Assembly: GCA_951406725.2 (NCBI GenBank)
Contig: OX597823.1
Location: forward strand, 21,576,001-21,640,000
Source of the DNA: Octopus vulgaris
Taxonomy: Eukaryota
Length of the DNA: 64,000 nucleotides
Direction of reading: 5' to 3'
The notes under the pieces are model-generated. The model saw only the letters and a program-made list of their open reading frames with translations, was not told the DNA's origin and did no database searches. The position numbers and the translations under genes are program-made. Positions within the stretch are counted from its first letter, which is position 1; each line of letters begins with the position of its first letter. Shown piece after piece: positions 43,357 through 58,372 of this stretch.

Positions 43357-44009
43357 TATGAAAGTGGTGCAGAAGATAAAGGAGACTGAGTGAGAAAACA
43401 ACGTGAGCTACTTAATGAAAATTAATGGAATACAAAAATATTTCCATATATGGAAAATTTAGAGCCTACCAATAAATGTGTGAAGAAACAATAATATATA
43501 GATTGAATAAAGTGCAATCAACTAAAGAAATACATATAAAAAATATTATTATCAAATATTTTATCCAATTTCAATTTGATAAAATTCGAAGCTGAGTTTA
43601 TCGTCTGCTGACTAGAATATCGGGACATAATGGAAACCATTTGCTGTACGTCAATATGCTGCGGTATTTAGTAGCTTTACTCGCAATAGCTTAGTTCAAT
43701 TTACTGCGAATAGAATAAAGAGGAAATGTCGTTTGCTAAAATATGTTTAAAAGATATTTTAAATACATGAATTAAATTAGGTGTGGTCATGTTATTGATG
43801 TTTTTTAACCCCGGGTCAGCTTTAATCAATCAAACTGATGAACAAAAGTGTTGATGTCATGAACATTACGGCTGTTTGTATATCAGGGAGTAGTATGTTA
43901 TCCTATTGGTCTTTCGTTATTTTTAAAGACGATATGATATGAATGTTAAACATGCCAGACTGACAAATAAATTATCACATTTTCAATCTAGATGATTTAA
44001 ATAAATATA

Positions 44010-44406
44010 TCTTTATATATAAAAGTGAGGTTGTGTGCTGTCTGTCTCCTACGATTTAGATTCCTAACTACTCCCACATTTTGCGGTGCAGTTTAACCAA
44101 AACCGGGTATCTTATAGTCGTGATTCATATCGAGCCCTTCTGGGTATTAGCACGTGTCTACGATGAGTCTACGATTTAAAAAAAAATTTACCATCAATTT
44201 TTCCCATTTTTAATGCATTTTTGGCATATATAAGGGAAGTAACTCTCTAAAAATTTATTATTAAATCTCAGAACGTAAAAAGCTACAGTAACACCACCCC
44301 CTTTGTGGTTAGCCATATTGAGATGGCTATTATACTTTACATCTCTAAAAATGCTTATATAGTTATTTCCCTTACAAACCCGAGCAACGCCGGGCGATAC
44401 TGCTAG
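44010..44406 (+). mobile_element. Non-autonomous Helitron, second copy
   Basis: Same termini with a different internal segment. Confidence 0.85.
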
Positions 44407-44893
44407 TAACATATAATTCACAAAAGCTATTATCAAATAATCAATGGAATTAACATATATTTATTTCCATACATGATGCTATTGTTTAACCCCAGGTTAA
44501 TCCTGATCGAGTAGATCTCTGGTCAAAAGTGTTCCTTCCCATCTTTTTGTAAATCTATGACTATATTACCTAACGTGTTCTTCCTTTTATTAAGATAACT
44601 GATGTGATTTCAGGGAGATTTGGTTGCTATGTCTTGCATTTAGCAAATGCTCTTTTACACTTTCATTTCTTTCAGTCATTGGAGTGCGGCCATGTTGGAG
44701 CACCACCCTGTGGGGTAAGACGAACAAACAGATCGTTTGTAAGTCTGCTATGTATTCTATCATTTTCAGCTGCTGAACAGCTAGATTATTGGGAAGTAAA
44801 CAAACAAACACCGGTTGTCCAGTGGTGGGGGACAAACTCATCCACACCATACATATACATGAACACACACACACATATATACAAGCACGCATT

Positions 44894-44961
<68 letters not shown>

Positions 44962-45210
44962 GACAGAGAAAAATATACATATATATACATTAAATATATA
45001 TATGATCTTTAAGAGCACGTGTGTTTGAAAAGATTTAACAAAAGCGCTCACGCACTAGAAAAAACTTCTTCCCAAAAATGGTTAGAAACATTCTCATAAC
45101 AAATTTCATAACATTTAAAAAAAAAAATTTTTTAATCACCTTCACACTTCAAAATCTGTATTAAGTAATTGTCATAGACTTTCAAATATATATATATATT
45201 ATATATAAAT

Positions 45211-45263
<53 letters not shown>

Positions 45264-45720
45264 TGAGTGTGTGTGTATGTATGTGTATATATATGTGTGT
45301 GTTTGTGTGTGTGTGTGTGTATAATACATATAAGAATGTAAGGATAAAATCACGTTTATGATTTTTATCAGGTAGTCAGCATGCAATAAAAATCTATAGG
45401 TAATTTATGCATTAAATTAATAATTATATATATAATTATATTAAGGGAACAAGGGCGAAAAGAACGACCTGTCTTGAATATACTGGAATGCCGGGGCCTT
45501 CAGATACTACCGGAAAACTCCAAAAATATACAAAATCGTTACGAAGTTCGTATATATATATATGAATGTTCGTCTACCAAAACCACTCACAAGGCAAAGG
45601 TTGACCCGAAACTATAGCAAAGGGACTTGCCGAAGGTGCCATCGGTGAGACTGAACCCAAAAAGCGCGTGCTTGCGAAACGAACTTCGTAACTATTTAAC
45701 CATACTATATAAGAATGAAA

Positions 45721-45952
45721 AGGCGGCGAGCTGGTAGAATCGTTAGCACGCCGGGCGAAATGCGTAGCTGTATTTCGTCTACCGCTACGTCCTGGGTTCA
45801 AATTCCGCCGAGGTCGACTTAGCCTTTCATCCTTTCGGAGTCAATAAATTAAGTACCAGTTGCGCAGTGGGGTCGATATAATCGACTTAATCCGTTTGTC
45901 TGTCCTTGTTTGTCCCCTCTGTGTTTAGCCCCTTGTGGGTAGTAAAGAAATA
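45721..45952 (+). mobile_element. SINE family A with TSD
   Basis: TSD tatataagaatgaaa. Confidence 0.85.
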
Positions 45953-46777
45953 TATATAAGAATGAAAAACAGAAGACGCAAACCAGCTTTCTCATATTTT
46001 TCTTCTGTTATCCAAGAAAAATAACGTAAAGATACAAAGAAAGACAAGCAGAGAGACATAGTGAGGAAAAAAGAGAGGCAGGGTTCAGAGTGAGAAAGAA
46101 GAATGAGAGGAAGAGAGAATTTTCGTTGACAAGTTAATGAAAATTAATGGAAAATAAAAATGTTTCCATATATGGAAATTTTAGAACATAAAATGAAATG
46201 TGTACAAGCACAACGATAAAATGAAATAAAATAAATGCATTAAAACAGTTTCATTTTGGATAGAATACGAAGATGAGTTTACCGTTTATTAGCTAAAATA
46301 TTTGAACAAAATGGAAGTTATTACGGCTCGTCAATGAGTAGCGGTGTTTTATGGTTCAACCAGTTAGAACTCAGCTCAGTTTAATGTCAATGGAATAAAT
46401 ATGAAAGTTGTTTCTTCAATACGGGTTTAAAATATTTAAAACGCATAAAAGAAATTCAACGTCTCTTATCAAATGTGTTCGTCAGTCAAACAATGAACCA
46501 CAGTTTCAGCCTATTTCGTATAAGAAATATTTATATGAAGAACGTGTGGGGCGGGTGAGCATTTATGCATCCCTTTTGAAAAATCGTGCGTATAAGCGCA
46601 AACGCAGCGGTGTGGTAAGAAGATTACTTCCCAACTGCATGGTTCTGGGTTCAGACCCACTGCGTGACACCTTGGGCGAGTGTCTTCTTCTACAACAGCC
46701 TTGGTCCGACCAAAGCCTTGTGAATGGATGTGATAGATGGAAACTGAAAGAAGCCCGTTGTGTATATATATATATAT

Positions 46778-47007
46778 ATTTCTTTACTACCCACAAGGGG
46801 CTAAACATAGAGGGGACAAACAAGGACAGACAAAGGGATTAAGTCGATTACATCGACCCCAGTGGGTAACTGGTACTTAATTTATCGACCCCGAAAGGAT
46901 GAAAGGCAAAGTCAACCTCGGCGGAATTTGAACTCACAACGTAACGACAGACGAAATACCGCTAAGCATTTCGCCCGGCGCGCTAACGTTTCTGCCAGCT
47001 CGCCGCC
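46778..47007 (-). mobile_element. SINE family A nested in the central microsatellite of a family B SINE
   Basis: Family B halves at 46605-46760 and ~47120-47310. Confidence 0.8.
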
Positions 47008-48356
47008 TTTCGTTGTGTATATATGTGTGTGTGTGTGTGTGTGTATGTGTGTGTGTGTGTGCGTGCGCGTGCGCGCGTGTGTGCGTGTGTGTGTGTGTGA
47101 GTGTGTGCGCGTTTGTGTCTGTGTGTCTGTATTTTTCTCCCACCACTACTTGACAACCGGTGTTGGTTCGTAACTTAGCGTTCGACAAAATAGACCGATA
47201 AAGTCTGAACCAGCTTTCAGTATAATAAGTACTGGGGTCGATTCGACTAAAATTCTTCAAGGCAGTGCCCCAGCATGGTCGCACTCTAATGGCTGAGACA
47301 AACGATAAAAGATATCTACTATAATAACACTTGTGTTTTTCTCTGTCACAACATATGAATGAGAAAGGAAGGGGTGATAGATGAATAAGGAAGGAAGGAG
47401 TGATGGCAAACTTGGTCGTGGGATGATGAAAATCCTACGGTGAAAAAAAAATCAAACAGCGTTTCAACTCTGAGTGTGTGTATATGTGTATGTATGTAAA
47501 AGGGAGGTATGTGAATGTTTGTGTGTGTGCGTGCAATGGAAGTGGGATGGTGAACATTCGACGCCGAAACGAAAAATCAAACCGCGTTTCAACTCTGTGT
47601 CAGCATATATGTGCCTGTGTGTGCGTGTACATGTGAAATATGTGAACCAGCTTTCTTTCAATAACAAACTATGGTCGATGTCACACTCAAAAGACAACCA
47701 CTAGATAACATTGACAAGTGTGTTACTTTAATTTACCATCCATATTCTATCTTTTGTCCTTATTTATATATAAAGTACTGCAATTAGCCATCACTTCTTA
47801 CGGCACGGGGCCAGCCCGTATATCATTAGAAGCCAAATCTCCATGGCCTACCGTTTAAAAAGCTAACAAAAAGCATATTGAATAACTGTAGTCCAAAAAT
47901 AAGACAGGGTGGTCATACCAAAAATGTCGTTGATCGTAGGTTGACCGGAGACTAGCATCAACCCCTATGAAACGCTAACGTACAGCACAGTGATAGGCAT
48001 GCGTGTGACCACGTTGAAAAAGCTGGGAAGCCCTCTTTATTCCCATTTTACTTAGACGTATTGCAGTATCAGTAACAGATGTGAAAATCTCAGAATACCG
48101 CAACATGTTGTATTCTTAATTGAAAATAAAAAACAAGACAACAACAATAGAGAGAAATAAGATGAAGAACAAAATGAGCTCAACAAAAATAGTTAGCTGC
48201 TAAATGAAAATAAATGATCTGTAGAAAAGTGCCCACATCCATATATATATATATATATACATATATACGCACACACACATAATACATACATATACAAATA
48301 CACACACGCACATATATATACACATACATACACATATATTCATATGTATATGTATA

Positions 48357-48414
<58 letters not shown>

Positions 48415-48921
48415 TATACATATATTTATGTATGTGTATATATATATATATATATATACATACATACATATGCATAAATATATGTATATATATATATATG
48501 TATATATATTCAGAGAGAGAGAGACGGGAGAGAGAGAATTGGGGGTAAAATAAAAATAAATGTGTGAAGAATTAAAAGAAATACTTAATAGCAAAAATGG
48601 AGGAGAAATTTAACATATACAGGAGAAATAAATAAACGAAGGAAAGAAAACATTTAATGAAGTAGGAGATGAAATTGAATAAAATACGGAGTCAAGTTTA
48701 TCGTCTGATCTATAAATTGGCGGGAGTTAATGGAAACCATTAAGATATGTTATTTTACTGCAGTATTTTGAGAGTACTTTAATCTTTTTTCTTTATTCTA
48801 GAGTAAAATGATTTGGTTTTTTTAGATTACATACCCATACTCTCACCCCTCATAACTGTGATAGACTCAATTACTAAGCCTTTCATAATGCGAGTTTTTT
48901 GGTGTAGTCGTCTTTGTCATT

Positions 48922-48952
<31 letters not shown>

Positions 48953-50460
48953 TTTTTGTTGTGGTTGTTGTTCAGCTCCGAATCGATACTGATTAGGCAG
49001 ATCGATGATTGATCAAAAGTTTTCCAGTTATGAATTTGTTGTCCTTTGGTATATCTAGAACTGTACTAATGTATGATTTTAAGAGAGATTAGGCTGCTAT
49101 TTGTTGCAAGTCAAACAGCCACGTAGGTGTCCGGTTCTGCAATGGTACGTCGCAAAGTATATCTAGGTGCACCGTAGATTTTTAAAAGTGTAATTTAAAA
49201 ATTTATAAATCTGAAAAATGGTTATTCAAAGTTTTGTTTTACATTAATGTTTTTTTTTCTAAATCCATGTTTTTTTTTCATGTTTTTCCGTGTTTTTTTT
49301 TCTAAATTTTTCATTATATAAATGTTTGAAATGCCTTTGAAATGTCTTTGAGCACTTTGAGAAGTTAGGCCAATATGTCAGGTAATGGAATAGCATATCT
49401 GAATGACCAGCTGGTACCAACACATTTCTCAGAGCCTCTTTGAGTATGTGCACTCTTATATTTGGAAAGGAGGATCTTTCCTGAAATATCAAAAGATGAC
49501 TAAACAACCTGTGTATGGTAATACAATATCTTTACTCTTATTGACATTATTTAACACATTTCCTTAACTTCTCATTTGAACTGCTCAAACGCTTTCTTTT
49601 TTTCAAACAATTATATCATCTACATATTGCAATACATCCGACAAATTACAAAATTTTAAAATGTTAAACTTCAAAGCAGTTTTCGTTTATCAACTTTCCA
49701 TTTGAAGTACACCTGTAACTTTTAAATTTAATTTCTATTTTTCCAAGAAGTCAAAAGACTGAAAAATCACTGACGGAAACGTTTGCTGATTAGCTCAATA
49801 TTGAAGTTGTCCTTGAATGGTATCGAGTCATATTCACTTTTAAAAAGGAAGTTTTTGAATTGTGAAGTTCAAATCCTCTTCAAGATCTTAAGTAGAGTAA
49901 ATTAGTCAGGGTTCTAAACTGGTCAACCACCTACGATATATTGTTTTGATTTCATAGCGTGTCCACAGGAGGAAATTTTATCACCTAGAGATGGAAGCTG
50001 TCTCTCCGGCGAGATGCCATATTGTTTCTGTCAAATAAGATCCAGTAACAACGTATTGAGAAATCCGAGGCAATGATTTGCAACGCTGTGGGATCGAAAT
50101 GGCAATCAGGCAGTTGTAAAACTGAACGCTTTACCACACAGCCATTTCGATACCCAAGAATAATCTTACAAGGTTATTGAAATTACCTTAAATTTATTAA
50201 ATCATTTCTGATGTCGTCTTAAGCTTTCGAGTAATTTTCATTCAGTATTTTTATGATCAGCTTCTTGAGTGTTCATATCTTTCACTAAATCCTTTGCTTT
50301 CGCTAAAATGTTCAGCACAAAATTCTAAGTAATTTTATTTGTTTGCTGAACAAAATACTTTAATTAGAACATTGCAAATCTTATGAGACCTTCACACAAT
50401 GGAGAATCTCATTTATTAAAGTTTGTCAGTACGAGTATGCTTCTTGTTCATGCATATATG

Positions 50461-50513
<53 letters not shown>

Positions 50514-51174
50514 TGTATGTAGTTGTGTCTATGGGAGAGAGCTTGTGCAGCTGTGTGTGTATTTGTATATGTGGATCTATTTCTCTGTGTGCGTATATGT
50601 ATATTTTGTGTGTGTGTGTGTGCATGTGTGTGTGCGTGTGTGTGTGTGTATGTCTGTGTGTATGAGCGTATACTAATATAACTCATCTGTTCTCAATGTC
50701 GAAGAATGTAGCTAAAGTTCCTGCTGACATTTCTTCATGGATACCTGAAGATCTTATCAAATAAACCACATTCATTTACATAGGGGTGTTCGATGAGGCA
50801 GAAAGTAAGATGGACGCCTTTAGAATTTACTTTGCTTCACTTAAATTGCTGCTACTGCGATTGTTGTTGTTGTTGTTGTGGTTATTGTTCTTGCTCTTAT
50901 TGTTGTTGATGTCGTTATTGTTCTTGTTCTTTTTGTTGTTTCAGTTATTGTAGTCATTGCTGTTGTTTAACCCCAGGTCGTATATAGTCGAACAGATATA
51001 GCTGCAGTTATCCTGCCTTTTTAAAAATAGTTCATTTCAGACGATATTATGCAACAACGTACACTGTGGTTTTATAAAGATTTGATTAGAAGTTTTAGCA
51101 GGTTCAGAAACCACAAATAGGCTGCTTTGGCTAGCATGGTGTATTAAATGTAAATTAATTAAAACTGTAATGGG

Positions 51175-51338
<164 letters not shown>

Positions 51339-51527
51339 GTAGGTAGTTAGGTAGATGGTAGGTAGGTAGGTAGGTAGGTAGGTAGCTAGGTAGGTAGCTA
51401 GGTAGGTAGCTAGGTAGGTAGCTAGGTAGCTAGATAGGTAGCTAGGTAAGGCAGGCAGCCAAACAGACAGATAGAAAGAAAGAAAGAAAGAAAGAAAGAA
51501 TGAATGAAAGAAAGAAAGATAGATAGG

Positions 51528-51629
<102 letters not shown>

Positions 51630-51950
51630 CTTAAAAAGATAGAGAGATAGAAAGATAATTAAGAGGGATAAATAGATAGATTGATAGTTGGTGCACCTGA
51701 GTGTGAATTGCAATCAAGAAAAACGGCGCTCATTACTGTTATGTTGTGGGAAAACATTATTTATTCAAAGATAAGATTGGTGAGTCGATGCTTGAAATTT
51801 TGTGATCTCGGTACTGGTAAGACTCAGAAACGCTCAATAGCAATTCTCGCGAAAGCACCTTTGATTAGTGGCATGCATAATATGCATGTGTACATTTGTA
51901 CGTATGTATGTATGTATGTATGTATGTATGTATGTATGTATGTATGTATG

Positions 51951-52082
51951 TCATAGTTCAGTTTTATTTCAAGATTTCTTGCCAATAGAGAAAGAACCGG
52001 TTTCTAACCTCGATCCAAGGCTCCTTCATTGGAATTTCAACATCAACAGCAGGGTGTTTTTGTTTGTTTGTATGTATGTATG

Positions 52083-52113
<31 letters not shown>

Positions 52114-52800
52114 GTCACAGTTCAGTTTTATTTCTTGCCAATAGCGAAAGAACCGGTTTCTAACCTAGATCCAAAGCTTCTTCATTGAAATTTCAACATC
52201 AACAACAGGATGTTTTTGTTTGTTTGTATGTATGTGCTAATTTGTATGCTTTATGTATGTATTTTCATGCATATATATATATTGTATTTATGTATGTATG
52301 TATTATGTACATGTATGTATTTTCATGCATGCTCATATATATTTAAATGATAAACGTCTGGAAAGTTTTACAGATTTTTTATAGTTCCAGTGATGGACTG
52401 GATCTGTAGTCTTCGAATTAGCCTTCTCCTTTCTAGTTTTGAGAAGCATAATTTCTCAAGATTGGTATTAAGGCAGTGTATTACATACCTCAGGTCCCAG
52501 ATAATTACATGTATAAACCTGAACTTGTAATCTGGATCGAGTAACTTCAGATTTCTCGACAGTTCAGCATAAGTGTTCCCTTTTTTTCACTGTTCTTCAG
52601 CTTTGTTAACATCCGCTGGGCAGCTAATTTCCACAACTGCACAGTTTCTCTTCTTCATTCTAAATCATATCAGGTCTGCAGTGCTTTCATTTTATTGAGG
52701 TCTTCACTGGGACATTCCACCAGTATTCCTTTTTAGTATGAGTGGCTATGGCTTTTACCATACTGTGGATTCTTATTTCTTTCTCCTCGGGATTATCCTT
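51951..52800 (-). mobile_element. Decayed RLE-type LINE 3' end plus extra tandem 3'UTR copy in (CATA)n
   Basis: KEYWWNVPVKTSIK..RPDMI..ISCPADVN; 3'UTR repeated at 51951-52068 and 52093-52215. Confidence 0.75.
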
Positions 52801-53159
52801 CATATATGTTTGTGTGAATCTACCTACATATCGATCTATACACACAAACACAAATAGAGAAAGAACAAGCAAAACGTGGTATCATTTTAGAGCATTTAAT
52901 TTATATTTGAAACAGTGTAGAGTACTTATAGTAAATGCATATTCACTAGAATACTTGCGCTATGTTTCAATTATAAATAAATTTTCTAAAGTAATACCAC
53001 ATGTTTTGCGTGTTCATTCTCTGTAATATATATTTACCCGCTCGCCGCTGAACTACTTCTAGCTATCATAGATAAGCAGCTTCAACACCACCTCTCAGTT
53101 GCAGTTCAAGTGATTAAGCCCTGCGAATTCATTGCTTATCCCCTCATCATAATTATAAT

Positions 53160-53522
53160 GTGTTTCTTTATTACCCACAAGGGGCTAAACACAGAGGGGA
53201 CAAACAAGGACAGACAAACGGACAAAAGGATGAATGGCAATATCGACCTCGGCGGAATTTGAACTCAGAACGTAGCGGCAGACGAAATACCTATTTCTTT
53301 ACTACCCACAAGGGGCTAAACACAGAGGAGACAAAGAAGGACAGACAAAGGGATTAAGTCGATTATATCGACCCTAGTGCGTAACTGGTACTTAATTTAT
53401 CGACCCCGAAAGGATGAAAGGGAAAGTCGACCTCGGCGGAATTTGAACACAGAACGTAACGGCTGACGAAATACGGCTTCGCATTTCGCCCGGCGTGCTA
53501 ACGTTTCTGCCAGCTCGCCGCC
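53160..53522 (-). mobile_element. Tandem SINE family A (one full, one internally deleted)
   Basis: Two tails (tttcttta.tacccacaagggg) at ~53163 and ~53294. Confidence 0.8.
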
Positions 53523-54047
53523 CTAAAAAATCATAATTATCATACTGATGATGATGATGAAGATGATGCCTCTATCACCATCGGCAACAGCATTATTATC
53601 ACCATCATCATCTATCGACTATAATTTGCTCATGTGTCGGGCATCAGGACGGACTCGTCACGTATCTGGTGTCAGATAGTTATGTGATATTGTTTCATCA
53701 TTGTATCCTTGAAAGCTGTCTCTGAGGTCGTCTTTGCCTTTCATCCTTTCGGGGTTGATAAAATCAGTACCTGTTGAAAACTGGGGTCTTTGTAATCAAC
53801 TTGCCACTCCACTCCAAGTGGTTGGCCTTGGACTAAAATCTGAAAGTATTTTAATTTTCTGAATTAAAATTTCACAGGGGTCAGCTTTGCCTGACATTTC
53901 TTCCGGATACATGTCTAGATCAGGCGAGAGGTGAAGAGAAAGAAACAAACAAACAAACAAAGGGGGAAAAAAGAATTTTTGAAAATGTGCTGCATACTAT
54001 CAAGTCTTCAGCGCATGTGAGTGATAGTTACGATGCATATATATATA

Positions 54048-54143
<96 letters not shown>

Positions 54144-54306
54144 AGTAGGAGTGGCTGCGTGGTAAGTAGCTTGTTTACCAACCACATGGTTCCGGATTCA
54201 GTCCCACTGCGTGACACTTTGGGCAAGTGTCTTCTACTATAGCCTCGGGCCGACCACAGCCATGTGAGTGGATTTAGTAGACGGAAACTGAAAGAAGCCC
54301 GTCGTA

Positions 54307-54389
<83 letters not shown>

Positions 54390-54399
<10 letters not shown>

Positions 54400-55110
54400 A
54401 TTGGTCATCCTATAAATAATGCGGATTTTTTTATACTTTTATTTTTCAAAATTAAGACAAAGTTCTTTTTTAATCTAAAATATGCTCTCGTTCATTTTCT
54501 ACAATGCTTTTCCATCTATCTGGAAGACTTGCAAGGTCCTTCTTTTAAAATTCACTCGTCCGTGACGAAAAATACTCCACCAGTACTGTTCTGACCTCGT
54601 CTACAGAATTCAAATGTTTTCCGAACATTTTGAAGATTGCGGAATAAATAAGATAGAGTAATGTCCGGTGAATATGGTGGTGGAGCATCGTTTCTTATTC
54701 AAACTGCTCCAGCCTTTGGGATGTCATCCTCGCTGTATGTGGCTGAGCATTATTATGCTGATGGAAGAACGCTTTCGTTTTGAAACCAAAGATGATCGTT
54801 TTTCTTCTAGCGCTGGTGTCGATGAATGGTTGAATGACCAAATCTAAGCTTCTCTGCTAGTTCCTCAACACTACAGACCTTCCAGGACGAGGCTTGTCTT
54901 CTAAGCTGTTGTTTCTGGCTCTTGGAATTTCTGTTGCTATCATTGACACTGGCTTACACTTATTGTCCGATCCCCACATACAGCATTAAGATTCCTCGCA
55001 TCAGATGAGAAGTAATTTTACAAAACAAAAAAATATCTAAGAATACGTCAGGGATGTGTCTGTCGATGCCAACTATGAAATGGGAGAATGACCAACTATG
55101 TCGGCAGTTT
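54390..55110 (-). mobile_element. Mariner relic
   Basis: HNNAQPHTAR, PPPYSPDI, YLFRNLQN remnants. Confidence 0.7.
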
Positions 55111-56968
55111 ATATTAAGAATGTAGTTCTTGAAAGTGTAATTTCATACCGAATCCTGGGTCAGAGAATGTTGCTGCTGGGTATTGACGTAAGGGATTTGT
55201 CTTTCAGATAGTGACACTAGGGGGTCGAGGTTGGGTGATATAATGGAACAATTGCCAGCACAGATGTAAGAGTTTTGCGCATTTAGCATATCGGTAACAT
55301 AAATGGGAATAGGTGGGCTATCGTTATGGCTAATGGAGAGAGTGTTGTAGGAAGGGGGTGTAAGAAACAGCTGTAATGAGCTGACAATTATCCATCGTAT
55401 GTAATTATTCATTTAATTATAATCTACCAAGGGAATTTACGACTTGCCGGACACCCTAGAGGATATCAACAACGTACTGCTCAAAGTAACACGTAATTTG
55501 GACCAGCCCCTGGTCATTCGCAAATGAGCCCCTTTTGATTTTGCTCAGATTGCTTTCAATTTTGGTGAAGGGATGCAACTCTGAATTTTGATTACGATCA
55601 ACCAATTACTTTATCTCGTAAGTTAAAGAATCTGATTCTGATGTTATTTGGAATTAAATTTGAGAAAGTTGGATAATTTTAGCCAATCACCAGACAGAGT
55701 GGAATTAGCAGCTTGTTACCATGACAACCGCACACTGTGTTGTCTGTGCCGCACGTTGTTCTATGTTGATTTTTCACACTTGATTCTTCCTACCACGAGA
55801 TTCTTTTCATCCGCGTTTGTTTTAATTTTTTTGTGTATTAGCATATTACATATTTTTCTGTGCTTATGTGTGTTAGTATTTTTCTGTACTTTTTCTGTGT
55901 TAGTATTTTCACATATTGTTCATTTCATATATTTTTATATATATTCAGGGATTCATTGATTCAGACAGCTGGATTTATGATTTCACTAAGTTAATTTTAT
56001 TCATGAAAATTTAAATTAGGAGTATTTCTTAAAGCGTTAAACTTCACATTTCAACAGCTTAACTGAAATTTAGCCCACGTAACAGGAACTTAGAGGGATA
56101 TCGTGGAACAGAGAAACTGCGGGTGATACAGATAATTTGACATTATTTTTAATTCAGCATGAAAAAACATGTGATATAAGTATTCTTTTCCATAGGACAA
56201 ATTCTATGCTGACTAGTGATATTCTTATCGTAGTTTACAAACGTTACTCAGTTTTGGAATTTTGGAGACAGTCGCCCACTTCACACACACATAAATGTAC
56301 ATATAAACTTATATATGAATGTATACATCCACATGCACTTATATATCAATGATGTACACAAATACATGGCAGGTATACATAATACTGAAATACGCATAAA
56401 GTAAACATGCAGACAAATGTATTAATATAATAAATCTTTAGAAATAATAAAAAGAAAAAAGAAACAGCAAAAGTATACATGTTGATTTTATTAGGTATTT
56501 CTGTTTATTTAGAAACCTACAATGAACAGGTCATGTCACAGACACTAAACTATAAATTTCACAAGGTACAACCTTAAAGTTGACACTGCTCCGCTAAACG
56601 CAGAAAATTTCTTCTCGCTATTGGTTAAAAATACAGTTTCCCGACTTTTAAACCTCTGTAACTTTTACCTCCAATATTTTTCTCCACAACATTATACCTT
56701 CATAGCAACGAGACTGGAAGACTACATTATTATAGCAGATTTCCTGATTTTTTTACTTCCTTTTAAAAAATGCATATTTTGCGAATGAAAAAAAATACTA
56801 GATCCCAGCCCCTTAGGCGCTAAATGCTCATAGGTTTTCTCCGTGTACACAACCGAAATACCCTACCTCATATTTCGACTCTCACTAACCATAGGCCGGA
56901 ATCACAGATATTACATAACCCTACCTGGGTACTTTTCAAGTACCTGATTCTATCGGATTCCTCCTACT

Positions 56969-57004
<36 letters not shown>

Positions 57005-57005
<1 letters not shown>

Positions 57006-57203
57006 CCCACCCCCACAAAAAAAAGAGAAAAACACAAGAAAAAAAACAACGCAAGGACGTGGTACATGCAAAGTATTAATAAGACGCTCAGGGAAGGATA
57101 GAGAGGGTGTTTTACGTTTCGAGCAAAGCTCTTCTTCAGAAACAGAAGAAAAAGGGGAGACAAAGGAAAAAATCGCCAACACTCCACATGTAGTTACATT
57201 TTG

Positions 57204-57205
<2 letters not shown>
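57005..57205 (-). mobile_element. Short non-autonomous HHR-bearing element, second copy
   Basis: Homologous to 35822-36042; (TA)n on both sides. Confidence 0.65.
57108..57144 (-). ncRNA. Minimal hammerhead ribozyme
   Basis: UGUUU-CUGAAGA-A-GAGC(UUU)GCUC-GAAA-CG-UA-AAACA; palindromic ACGU helix III. Confidence 0.78.
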
Positions 57206-57253
<48 letters not shown>

Positions 57254-57260
57254 CATGTAC

Positions 57261-57624
57261 AATGTTTATTCAGTACGACGATCGTTTCGACCCGTCCTGC
57301 ATCTGTCCCATAGGGGTAGGATATTGTGCATCTAATTGCGTTGTATTAATCAATCCAGGCTGTATCGCTTTAGATGCTTGGTGGACAAAAAGAAATCCCA
57401 CTAGATATACTGAGTTCTCCTTGGCATGGTGTTCTCACTAGTTGTACATTGGTACACAGACAGAGAGTAGGATAAGTTTGGGGTTGTGTGGTTTTTTTCT
57501 ACATTAAGCACCAGAAGTGATGCAGCCTGCACTGATTGATGCAGCACAACTAGATGCGCAGTGTCCTACTCCTATGCGGCAGATTCAGGATGGGTCGAAA
57601 CGACCGTCGTGCTGAATATAGATT
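57261..57624 (+). repeat. ~360-nt imperfect rod-like inverted repeat
   Basis: Arms align over >150 nt with many G.U-compatible differences on the + strand. Confidence 0.85.
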
Positions 57625-57796
57625 CGTACTAAACCCATCTTCCGTTTCCTTAATCGATTATACACTCAACAAACACTGCGGATTTCTTGACGTAGATCCA
57701 GTGAAGAGCATGTCGTTACTGTGGGTGACATCAGGAAGACCAAACGGTGAAAGTACTTTACTCGACATACTAATAATATACCCAAAGTCCGGGTAG

Positions 57797-57896
<100 letters not shown>

Positions 57897-58135
57897 ACTG
57901 GTAGATAAGCAGAGAGATAGTGATAGAAAGAGAAAGGACCAATATATCGCACGATATAGTTCGTTCGATTCATATTAAACTTAGTCACGAGGCAAATAAT
58001 AAATTCTGTTCAGAAACAAAATTATTGTATGCAGGTCTTTTGAATTATGGCTTTTAAAACGTCGCAGACTCTCTAGGCCACACACCACTTTCTACTTTCT
58101 ACGTTCGGTCACTTCTAATTTCATATACATATATT

Positions 58136-58272
<137 letters not shown>

Positions 58273-58330
58273 GTATATATATATGCATATATATATACAT
58301 ATATGTATGTATATATATATATATATATGT

Positions 58331-58372
<42 letters not shown>

